A DNA stretch of 40,322 nt. Origin: Bacteroidales bacterium. Its GTDB lineage: Bacteria; Bacteroidota; Bacteroidia; Bacteroidales; B18-G4. Below the pieces are notes generated by a model that saw only the letters and a program-made list of their open reading frames with translations, did no database searches and was not told the origin of the DNA. Below are positions 23,890 through 31,980 of this stretch, one piece after another. Positions within the stretch are counted from its first letter, which is position 1, and every line of letters starts with the position of its first letter. Where the stretch lies: NCBI GenBank assembly GCA_023145125.1, contig JAGLEK010000089.1, forward strand, positions 1 to 40,322, in the 5' to 3' direction. The position numbers and the translations under genes were made by a program.

Positions 23890-26220
23890 ATGAATATAAT
23901 TAGACAAACGATCCTGATTTTTCTCCTAAGTCTTATCATCGCAACGGCATCAGGCCAAAATGCCGGTGTAGGCCAATGGCGCGACCACCTTCCATTTAAT
24001 AAATTTATAGCGGTTACTGAAACCCCTGATAAAATCTTTGGGGCAACCCCTTATGCAGTTTTGACCTACGATAAAAATACTGAATCGATCGAACGGTTTA
24101 CCAAGATCAATGGCTTGTCTGACATAGGCATCAGTGATATACGATACAGTGAAGAACTTCAGACGGTTGTACTTGCATATACCAATACAAACATTGACCT
24201 ATTCAAGGGAAACTATATCATTAATGTCCCTGATATTAAAAGAAAACCTATCCTTGGGAATAAGGTGATCAACAAGGTTTCATTCAGGGGTGATTATGCC
24301 TATTTTTCATGCGGTTTTGGGATCGTGGTGCTGGATGTTGTGAAGGAAGAGATCTTCGACACCTGGTATATTGGCCCCGAGGGCAGCCAGATCAATGTGT
24401 TGGATCTTACTCATAATGACACATCTTTTTTTGCTGCCACAGAGGATGGCATCTATTATGCTTCTGTATCCCACCCCAACCTTGCCGATTTCTCTGCATG
24501 GCATAAGATGGATAATGTACCTTACCCTTACAATGAATACAACCTCATTGAGTTCTATGCAGGAAACATTTTTGCCAACCTGAAGGCAGGTAGCAGCATT
24601 GATCAGGACAGCATTTATTATTATGATGGTTACGAGTGGAAAGTACTTATACCGGATAACACTCAGGGTGTAAATAATATCAATGCTACCAACGGAAAGC
24701 TCGTGGTTGCATATGATTATTCCGGCAAGATATTCAATGAAAACATTGAACAGGAATTGATTATCTATACATATAACCCCGGCAACCCGGCAATGAACGA
24801 TGCAATATACAGCCCTAACGGGGATGTATGGATAGCAGATAACGGCAGAGGATTGGTTAAGTCTTTCGCGGAAGGCTATAAAAGCATGAAGATCAATCCC
24901 GGAGGGCCTGGTAATGCCAGTGTGTTTTCCATGACCTCATCAGAAAATCAGGTTTGGGTGGCTCCGGGAGGATATACCAGTACCTGGAATGCCAGGTATC
25001 TGAATTATGGTACTTACCGCTTTTCAAATGAGCATTGGAAAAACTTTAACAGCACAACAAACCCCGAATTGCTCGACATCAGGGATATAGTGACAATTGC
25101 CGTGAACCCTGCCAATATTAACCAGGCCTACCTGGGTATGTTCAGAAATGATGTTGGTGTACTCGAAATGACCGATGAGGTAATCACCAACAGTTTTACC
25201 GAAGAAAACAGTGAACTGCAGATCTGGGAAGCTGCAGGCAAAATTGCAGTGGTCGGTTTGGAGTTTGATTCATATGGAAGTTTGTGGGCATTATGCTCAG
25301 GTGCTGAGAAACTGCTTGCCGAAAAGAAAAATGATGGCAGCTGGAATTCTTTCAGCCTTGGCGGTAGTGCTTCTGCTGCTGACTGCAGCGACCTGATGGT
25401 GGATTCATATGACCAGAAATGGGTAGTATTCAGGCATACCAACAGCAACCCTAACTATATTGCCGTATATAACGAGAAAAACCCTCCGGGAGACCAATTA
25501 AGACTGCTCCGGTCTGAAACCGGTGTTGGCAATATCCCAGGTACAAACGTATTCAGCATTGCCCAGGATCAGGACGGAGAAGTCTGGATTGGCACAGATG
25601 AAGGGATCGCTATATTTTATTCACCCTCTACCATTCTCACATCCAATGATTATGATGCTGTGAGGCCACTGGTGAATTTCGACGGCTATGTGCAATACCT
25701 GCTGGTAACAGAGGTGGTCACCGCTATTGCCGTTGATGGTGATAACAATAAATGGATCGGGACAGATCGTTCCGGTGTCTTTCTGCTTTCTGCTGATGGA
25801 ACCGAACAGATCTATCACTTCACTGAAGATAACAGCCCATTGTTCGCAAACCAGGTGATCGACATCGTGATAAATGCTGATGGAGAGGTGTTTATTGCCA
25901 CATTCAATGGGATCATTGCCTATAAGGGTACTGCTTCTTCCCCAAATGATAGTTTTTCTGAAGTTTATGCCTATCCTAATCCTGTAAAGGATGGTTATGA
26001 CGGATGGATAGCAGTGAAAGGGCTGATGAATGATTCCGACATTAAGATCACCGATATTAACGGCACCCTGATCTATTCTACACGCTCCGAGGGCGGACAG
26101 GCAGTATGGAATGGCCGCAATTTTGATGGCAGAAAGGCCAGGCCGGGTGTTTACCTGGTCTTTGCAAGCAATGAAGACGGAAGCGAACAAGTAGTGACCA
26201 AGATCTTGATCATCGACTGA
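23890..26220 (+). CDS. porZ: double beta-propeller protein with T9SS C-terminal domain, PorZ-like
   Basis: 776 aa with signal peptide. The N-terminal block WRDHLPFNKF...YDKNTESIERFTKINGLSDIGISDIRY...LAYTNTNIDLF matches my memory of the PorZ family. Reg_prop-like repeats follow (WIGTDEGIAIF, WIGTDRSGVFLL). The CTD is VYAYPNPV...GVYLVF. The generic propeller + CTD call is firmer than the PorZ name. Confidence 0.6.
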   Translation: MNIIRQTILIFLLSLIIATASGQNAGVGQWRDHLPFNKFIAVTETPDKIFGATPYAVLTYDKNTESIERFTKINGLSDIGISDIRYSEELQTVVLAYTNTNIDLFKGNYIINVPDIKRKPILGNKVINKVSFRGDYAYFSCGFGIVVLDVVKEEIFDTWYIGPEGSQINVLDLTHNDTSFFAATEDGIYYASVSHPNLADFSAWHKMDNVPYPYNEYNLIEFYAGNIFANLKAGSSIDQDSIYYYDGYEWKVLIPDNTQGVNNINATNGKLVVAYDYSGKIFNENIEQELIIYTYNPGNPAMNDAIYSPNGDVWIADNGRGLVKSFAEGYKSMKINPGGPGNASVFSMTSSENQVWVAPGGYTSTWNARYLNYGTYRFSNEHWKNFNSTTNPELLDIRDIVTIAVNPANINQAYLGMFRNDVGVLEMTDEVITNSFTEENSELQIWEAAGKIAVVGLEFDSYGSLWALCSGAEKLLAEKKNDGSWNSFSLGGSASAADCSDLMVDSYDQKWVVFRHTNSNPNYIAVYNEKNPPGDQLRLLRSETGVGNIPGTNVFSIAQDQDGEVWIGTDEGIAIFYSPSTILTSNDYDAVRPLVNFDGYVQYLLVTEVVTAIAVDGDNNKWIGTDRSGVFLLSADGTEQIYHFTEDNSPLFANQVIDIVINADGEVFIATFNGIIAYKGTASSPNDSFSEVYAYPNPVKDGYDGWIAVKGLMNDSDIKITDINGTLIYSTRSEGGQAVWNGRNFDGRKARPGVYLVFASNEDGSEQVVTKILIID

Positions 26221-26243
26221 TCCAATTCCTTTATCTTAGAAGG

Positions 26244-26969
26244 ATGATTCATAAAACACGGGGCATTGTTCTGCACCAGATCAAGTATTCAGATACCAGC
26301 CTGATAGTAAAGATCTATACAGAGCTGCTTGGCCTGCAGTCATACCTGGTTAAAGGAGCCCGCTCAAAACGTGCAGCAATCCGAAGCAGCTATTTTCAAC
26401 CACTGACCATGCTCGACCTTGTGGTGTACTACCGTGAAAAAAACAATCTGCAGCATATCCGGGAAGCGGAGATCACAGAGCCCTTGTATTCGATTTCATC
26501 CGATCTGCGCAAAAGTACTATGGCTCTCTTTCTATCTGAAATACTCGTAAAAACAATACATGAAGGTGAAGCAAATAAAGAGATGTTTGCATTTATAAGT
26601 TCTTCTTTACGATTTCTTGATATGCAGGAAAGGGGCGTTGAATATTTCCACCTCTTTTTTCTTATGAAGCTCAGTCTTTACCTGGGGTTCTACCCCGCTG
26701 GCATGCCCGGAAGTGACCGGTCTTACTTCGACCTCCGCGAAGGAAAGTACGCCGGAGCAGTTCCATCACATCCCGACTATCTTGACAAAGGCCTGGGTGC
26801 AAATCTATATTTGCTGAGCAGGAGCCAGGTGGGTGACCTAGAAAATTTAACTTTAGAAAAACAACAAAGAAATGAGCTGCTAAATGCTATCCTGCTATAT
26901 TATCAGATCCATTTGAGCGGCCTCGGAGCCATCAAATCTGCTGAGATCCTGAAAGAAGTTTTTTATTAA
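26244..26969 (+). CDS. recO: DNA repair protein RecO
   Basis: 241 aa. The N-terminal OB-fold block (TRGIVLHQIKYSDTSLIVKIYTE..G) and overall length and layout are typical of RecO. Confidence 0.8.
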   Translation: MIHKTRGIVLHQIKYSDTSLIVKIYTELLGLQSYLVKGARSKRAAIRSSYFQPLTMLDLVVYYREKNNLQHIREAEITEPLYSISSDLRKSTMALFLSEILVKTIHEGEANKEMFAFISSSLRFLDMQERGVEYFHLFFLMKLSLYLGFYPAGMPGSDRSYFDLREGKYAGAVPSHPDYLDKGLGANLYLLSRSQVGDLENLTLEKQQRNELLNAILLYYQIHLSGLGAIKSAEILKEVFY

Positions 26970-27643
26970 TGATTTTCAAGAAGCTGTAAAATAACTTCCC
27001 TGAGCCTGGTCTTTACTTTTTCAATATCCTGTGATGTCCCCAGTTCCTTCTCCAGGGATGTAACACCCTTATCTAAATACCCGCAGGGGTTTATATAACT
27101 GAAATATTCCAGGTTTGTATTAACATTGAAGGCAAAGCCATGCATGGTAACATAGCGGCTTGAACGCACCCCGATAGCACAAATTTTCCGGGCATTGGCA
27201 TTACCGGCATCCAGCCAAACGCCACTCGCACCATCCAAGCGGGAAGAAATGATCCCATATTCATTTAGAAGGGCAATAATGGATTCTTCGAGCAATGAGA
27301 TGTATGTTCTGATCCCAAGGCCGTAACGCTCCAGGTCAAGGATGGGATAGCCGACGATCTGTCCGGGCCCATGGTAGGTAATATCTCCTCCCCGATTGGT
27401 TTTGAAGAGGGAAGCACCTTTTGCCGTGAGCAAGTCCTCATCGATCAGCAAATTCTTCTCAGAGCCGCTTTTACCAATCGTATAAACATGAGGGTGTTCA
27501 CAAAACAAAAGATAATTCGGTGTTGTGGCCCCTGCACTGTCTTTCTTTCCGGCAATGACCTCCTGAAACAGTTTTTCCTGGAGATCCCATGCCTCTGCAT
27601 AAGCCATTCTTCCAAGGTCTTTATAGATGATCTCTTCATTCAT
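26966..27643 (-). CDS. lipB: lipoyl(octanoyl) transferase
   Basis: 225 aa with RGGDITYHGPGQ, the KICAIGV Lys block and HGFAFNV. Confidence 0.9.
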   Translation of the reverse strand: MNEEIIYKDLGRMAYAEAWDLQEKLFQEVIAGKKDSAGATTPNYLLFCEHPHVYTIGKSGSEKNLLIDEDLLTAKGASLFKTNRGGDITYHGPGQIVGYPILDLERYGLGIRTYISLLEESIIALLNEYGIISSRLDGASGVWLDAGNANARKICAIGVRSSRYVTMHGFAFNVNTNLEYFSYINPCGYLDKGVTSLEKELGTSQDIEKVKTRLREVILQLLENH

Positions 27644-28512
27644 GACTTTACAGATTTTTCAGGCACATGCTTTTCAGCCTTATACGACGACCTAACCAAT
27701 GGATGGCTTTCTACATGGGTAAAGCCTTTTTCCAGGCCTGCTTTTCTGAATGCCTCAAATTCCTCTGGTGTAGTAAATGATGACACGGGCAGATGGCCCT
27801 TGCCTGGCTGGAGGTATTGGCCGAGGGTAAAAACCTCACAGCCTGCCTGGCGGAGGTCGTCCATGGCTTCCAGTATTTCCTCTTTTGTTTCGCCCAGGCC
27901 GGTCATGATGCCTGATTTTGCTCTTATCCCGGCATCAGCTATGGTGCGTATAACCATGAGGCTCGTGTCATACGATGCAACACTCCTTACTTCAGGTGTT
28001 AATCTGCGTACCGTTTCAAGATTATGTGATATCACTTCCGGCCCGGCATCGATGACCGTGTGAATTAACTCCTTCTTTCCCTGGAAGTCAGGGATCAGTG
28101 CTTCTACAGTGATTCCCGGGTTTTTCTCTTTTACCGCCCTGATGGTTGCTGCCCACAAGCCTGCCCCGCCATCCTTCATGTCGTCTCTGTCGACAGAAGT
28201 AAGTACACAATGTTTCAAGCCCATAAGCCTGACCGATTCAGCTACCCTTTCCGGCTCACCCGGGTCGGCCGGGGCCGGTTTGCCGGTTTTTACATTACAA
28301 AACCCACATGATCGCGTACACACATCACCGAGGATCATCAGGGTGGCGGTTCCGCGCTCCCAGCAATCATACATATTTGGGCAATTGCCACTGGTACAGA
28401 TCGTATGCAGCTTATGCCTGTTCACGATCTCCCTTATCCCCAGGTATTCCTTCCCGGCAGGCACCCTGATCTTCAACCAGTCAGGTTTTTGTCTTTTTCT
28501 CTTCTCTTCCAT
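27640..28512 (-). CDS. lipA: lipoyl synthase (radical SAM)
   Basis: 290 aa with the N-terminal auxiliary cluster Cys motif (CTSGNCPNMYDC), the radical-SAM CTRSCGFC motif and the SSY tail motif. It overlaps lipB by 4 nt. Confidence 0.95.
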   Translation of the reverse strand: MEEKRKRQKPDWLKIRVPAGKEYLGIREIVNRHKLHTICTSGNCPNMYDCWERGTATLMILGDVCTRSCGFCNVKTGKPAPADPGEPERVAESVRLMGLKHCVLTSVDRDDMKDGGAGLWAATIRAVKEKNPGITVEALIPDFQGKKELIHTVIDAGPEVISHNLETVRRLTPEVRSVASYDTSLMVIRTIADAGIRAKSGIMTGLGETKEEILEAMDDLRQAGCEVFTLGQYLQPGKGHLPVSSFTTPEEFEAFRKAGLEKGFTHVESHPLVRSSYKAEKHVPEKSVKS

Positions 28513-28571
28513 CTTTCTGAATGCAAAATTATCAATTCTGGGCGATGAATTGCAGATGAAGGATTAATTTA

Positions 28572-28652
28572 TTGCCACAAAGGCACAGGATTACACAGCC
28601 ATTACAATGAGTCGGCTGTGATACTCTGTATTCGCTGTTATCCCAGTGGCAA
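28572..28652 (+). repeat. nested inverted repeats upstream of lysS
   Basis: The outer arms are ttgccac (28572-28578) and gtggcaa (28646-28652). The inner arms are cacagcc (28594-28600) and ggctgtg (28614-28620). An A-run follows, then the TAAATTTG box. Confidence 0.7.
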
Positions 28653-28660
28653 AAAAAGTC

Positions 28661-28668
28661 TAAATTTG
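28661..28668 (+). promoter_or_regulatory. -7 box TAAATTTG for lysS
   Basis: Exact match, 15 nt upstream of the ATG at 28684. It supports the shorter lysS start. Confidence 0.55.
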
Positions 28669-28683
28669 CAAAAAATTAATACG

Positions 28684-30405
28684 ATGAGTCAGGAACTAAG
28701 CGAACAGGAACAGATACGACGGAATTCACTGCAGGAGCTCACAGCCCTGGGGATCGATCCATACCCTGCCGAAACATATGAGACTAATGTTACAGCTTCA
28801 GAGATCCTGGAAGATTATCCAAATAATGAAAAGCTTTTTCAGGATATCAGCATTGCCGGCAGGATCATGGGCCGCAGGATCATGGGTGCTGCTGCTTTCG
28901 TGGAGTTGCAGGACCCCGGCGGAAAGATCCAGCTTTATTTTAAGCGCGATGACATCTGCCCCGGAGAAGATAAAAGCGCATACAACATCGTATTTAAACG
29001 ACTGCTCGATATTGGCGATATCATTGGTGTTAAAGGATATGTATTCACTACCAAGATGGGGGAGATCACAATTCATGTGAAAGAATACAAATTGCTGAGC
29101 AAATCCCTGAAACCCCTGCCGGTGGTAAAAGAAAAAGATGATAAGGTCTGGGACGCCTTCACAGATCCCGAACAGAGATACAGGCAGCGTTATCTTGACC
29201 TTATCGTTAACCCTGAGGTCCGTAGTACATTCATCAAGAGGACTGAACTGGTCAACTCAATGCGTAGCTTCCTGAATGTAAAAGGGTACCTGGAAGTTGA
29301 AACACCCATCTTACAGCCACTGTACGGTGGTGCTGCCGCCCGTCCTTTCAAGACCCATCACAACAGCCTGGACATGACCCTCTATTTGCGTATTGCCAAT
29401 GAGCTGTATTTGAAAAGGCTGATCGTTGGAGGATATGACGGCGTATATGAATTCAGCAAAGATTTCAGAAATGAAGGCATGAGCCGGTTTCACAATCCGG
29501 AGTTTACACAGATGGAACTCTATGTTGCCTACAAGGATTATGAATGGATGATGGACCTTGTGGAGGAAATGATAGAAAAGATCGCCATTGACCTCCACGG
29601 TACCACAAAAGTCAAGGTTGGGGAAAACATCATTGACTTCAAGCGTCCATGGAAACGCTACACCATGCTTGGTGTGATCAGGGAATATACCGGTATCGAT
29701 ATTTCAGAAATGGATGAAGCCGAACTCAGGGCTACCGCTAATAAGCTTGAGGTTGAAACAGATCCCAGTATGGGAAAAGGAAAACTCATTGATGAAATTT
29801 TCGGGGAAACCTGTGAGGCCAAACTTATCCAGCCCACCTTTATCACCGATTACCCGGTAGAGATGTCGCCCCTGGCAAAAAAGCACCGCAGCGAAGAGGG
29901 CCTGGTAGAGCGTTTTGAAGCCATCTGCAATGGCAAAGAGCTTTGCAATGCTTTCAGTGAGCTTAATGATCCGCTCGACCAGCGCAGGCGTTTTGAAGAA
30001 CAGCTTGAGCTTGGAAAAAGAGGTGATACCGAGTCAATGGTGCTTGATGAAGACTTTCTTCGTGCACTGGAATATGGCATGCCCCCAACAGCAGGGTTAG
30101 GAATTGGCGTTGACCGCCTGAGCATGATCATGACGGACTCAAATTCCATCCAGGATGTACTTTTCTTTCCCCAGATGCGGCCCGAAAAGAAACAGGAAGT
30201 TTCATCTGATGAAGAATTTATTGCTTTGGGGTTCCAGCCCGAATGGGTGCCTATACTCCGGGAAAAAGGCTTCAACACTGTAGAAGAGCTCAAACAGGCC
30301 AATCCGAATAAACTTGCCAATGACCTGAACGGCCTCAGGAAAAAGAAGAAACTAGATATCCCGGCACTCAACCCGGCAAAAGTGAAGGAGTGGATTGAAG
30401 CTTAA
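28684..30405 (+). CDS. lysS: lysine--tRNA ligase, class II, with C-terminal extension
   Basis: The start is set at the internal ATG ([13 protein letters not shown]), giving 573 aa. Motif 2 is [20 protein letters not shown] and motif 3 is [12 protein letters not shown] ~70-aa C-terminal helical extension is present. A TAAATTTG box lies 16 nt upstream of this ATG. Confidence 0.95.
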   Translation: MSQELSEQEQIRRNSLQELTALGIDPYPAETYETNVTASEILEDYPNNEKLFQDISIAGRIMGRRIMGAAAFVELQDPGGKIQLYFKRDDICPGEDKSAYNIVFKRLLDIGDIIGVKGYVFTTKMGEITIHVKEYKLLSKSLKPLPVVKEKDDKVWDAFTDPEQRYRQRYLDLIVNPEVRSTFIKRTELVNSMRSFLNVKGYLEVETPILQPLYGGAAARPFKTHHNSLDMTLYLRIANELYLKRLIVGGYDGVYEFSKDFRNEGMSRFHNPEFTQMELYVAYKDYEWMMDLVEEMIEKIAIDLHGTTKVKVGENIIDFKRPWKRYTMLGVIREYTGIDISEMDEAELRATANKLEVETDPSMGKGKLIDEIFGETCEAKLIQPTFITDYPVEMSPLAKKHRSEEGLVERFEAICNGKELCNAFSELNDPLDQRRRFEEQLELGKRGDTESMVLDEDFLRALEYGMPPTAGLGIGVDRLSMIMTDSNSIQDVLFFPQMRPEKKQEVSSDEEFIALGFQPEWVPILREKGFNTVEELKQANPNKLANDLNGLRKKKKLDIPALNPAKVKEWIEA

Positions 30406-30503
30406 AACTTAAAACTCAGCCCCCCAATAACAAAATCTTTGAAATTAATTATCCTCGGGGCAAGCAGCGGGGTATCTTAAAGGAATATTATTCTTTCAAT
30501 ACG

Positions 30504-30560
30504 TCCCGAGTACTCGGGAGGAATAAGACCCGTAGATCCCCTAAATGACTCGAGGGGATC
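30504..30560. repeat. two adjacent palindromic hairpins in the lysS-TPR spacer
   Basis: A perfect 16-nt palindrome tcccgagtactcggga occupies 30504-30519. A 7-bp stem gatcccc/ggggatc spans 30535-30560 with a 12-nt loop. The direct words cggggcaagcagcggggta lie upstream at about 30460-30478. Confidence 0.8.
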
Positions 30561-30668
30561 AATTCGGCTTTAAATTTTCAATTCACTTTGTTCTTGAAAA
30601 TTTAGTCTCATTGATTTAGGAAATAACTACCATATCAGAAAGTAGCTTGTATATTATTGCAAGATTTC

Positions 30669-30676
30669 TATATTTG
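30669..30676 (+). promoter_or_regulatory. -7 box TATATTTG for the TPR gene
   Basis: Exact match, 71 nt upstream of the ATG at 30748. Confidence 0.4.
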
Positions 30677-30747
30677 CACCCCTTAATATACAATGTATTG
30701 CACATACATTCGTTAAGTATAAATCAGTAATAAATCTTATAAGTATT

Positions 30748-31698
30748 ATGAAAAAGTTATCCATTATTTTGACCGTATTTTTTGTTACGATCACCATGGG
30801 GCTCACAGCCCAGAACCTGAATTCAGCTGGAAAAGCATATAATAAAGGTATTGAGCTTGCCCAGGAAGGCAATACGCAGGGAGCTCTTGAGTCATATCAG
30901 AAATGTGCCGACATATGCTCAGAGCTCGGAGAAATTGGCGAGGGCCTGAAAGTGAATGCAGAAACCCAGATTTGCAATATCTATATGAAAACGGGTGTTG
31001 AAAAATTCAAAGTAAAGAACTATGATTCTGCCATAATATTATTTACAGAATCAGAAAAATATGCAAAACTCATCGATGACCCGTCAACCACGGCTAAGAT
31101 AAACAGCTATTTTGCTGCCTCTTATACCGGATCGGGTAATACGCTTTACAAAACAAAAAAATACAAAAAGGCTGTTGAAAATTATAACAAAGCTATTGAG
31201 TACAACCCGGAATATCCAAAAGCCTGGTATGGCCTGGTACTGGGTTACAGTAAGCTGGATGAATCAGGGATGCTTGAAGAATCAGTTAAAAAAGTAGAAG
31301 AATACAGCAGTGATGAGCAGCTCAAAACCAAAGCTAAATTAGCTGCCGGTAAATACTTTTTAAAGGTTTGTGGCGATGCAATTCAGGAAGAGAATTACAG
31401 TATTGCTACCATGATGGCCGACAGGAGCATCCAATATAATAAGGAAGACCCGACAGCTTTTTATTATCTTGCCCTGGCAAGCAATGCACAGGCAAACTGG
31501 GTCAATGCTCAAAAAGCTGCCATGAAAGCGATTTCCTTTGAGCAGGAAGATCAATCAAATTATTATTTCGAGCTCGGCCGTGCCTATGAAGGCCAGGGCG
31601 ATACCGAAAAAGCATGTGAAGCATACTCTAATGTTACGGAAGGGCCGAACACAGAGGCTGCAAATTACCAGCGCCACCAGGTATTACACTGTAATTAA
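30748..31698 (+). CDS. secreted tetratricopeptide (TPR) repeat protein
   Basis: 316 aa with signal peptide (...GLTAQ) and several TPR-like units (KKAVENYNKAIEYNPEYPKAWYGLVLGY, AFYYLALA, YYFELGRAYEGQGDTEKACEAY). Confidence 0.75.
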   Translation: MKKLSIILTVFFVTITMGLTAQNLNSAGKAYNKGIELAQEGNTQGALESYQKCADICSELGEIGEGLKVNAETQICNIYMKTGVEKFKVKNYDSAIILFTESEKYAKLIDDPSTTAKINSYFAASYTGSGNTLYKTKKYKKAVENYNKAIEYNPEYPKAWYGLVLGYSKLDESGMLEESVKKVEEYSSDEQLKTKAKLAAGKYFLKVCGDAIQEENYSIATMMADRSIQYNKEDPTAFYYLALASNAQANWVNAQKAAMKAISFEQEDQSNYYFELGRAYEGQGDTEKACEAYSNVTEGPNTEAANYQRHQVLHCN

Positions 31699-31719
31699 TC
31701 ATACATGAACTGTATTTAA

Positions 31720-31890
31720 AGGGGCTGTCTCAAAAGGTCTTCCCAAGATCATTTCGAGCGTATGCGAGAACTAAGCGAAGTGCTCTCATGAGCGAAGCGA
31801 GTAAATCTAAACCATTAATCCTCAGTAGAATAGATTTCTCCCTCTGGTCGAAATGACTTAAATATTGGACTTTTGAGACAATCTCCTTTT
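31720..31890 (+). repeat. 170-nt nested palindromic element (REP/MITE-like) ending in a T-run; probable terminator of the TPR gene
   Basis: The outer arms are gtctcaaaag (31727-31736) and cttttgagac (31870-31879). The inner arms are tcatttcga (31749-31757) and tcgaaatga (31848-31856). The interior has gcgaag/agcgaagcgag words, and TTTTTTT at 31884-31890 follows the outer stem. Confidence 0.8.
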
Positions 31891-31928
31891 TTTATCCCAA
31901 TGCAAATAAAGTAGTTTCTGCTAATTAT

Positions 31929-31936
31929 TATATTTG
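31929..31936 (+). promoter_or_regulatory. -7 box TATATTTG for the hybrid histidine kinase
   Basis: Exact match, 44 nt upstream of the ATG at 31981 and just downstream of the palindromic element and its T-run. Confidence 0.5.
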
Positions 31937-31980
31937 TAGAAATACAAGCCCGGGGTTCCCGGCAATCAAAAAGTTGCTTA

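Noticed and set aside
28618-28683. 22-codon upstream extension of lysS (GTG start) and 24-codon extension of mce (5871-5942).
   Set aside because: The extensions have no family similarity. For lysS, a -7 promoter box lies inside the extension.
28513-28683. T-box or lysine riboswitch leader upstream of lysS.
   Set aside because: I do not see a conserved T-box sequence or L-box helices. The promoter box sits only 15 nt from the ATG, leaving no room for a leader. The hairpins lie upstream of the promoter.
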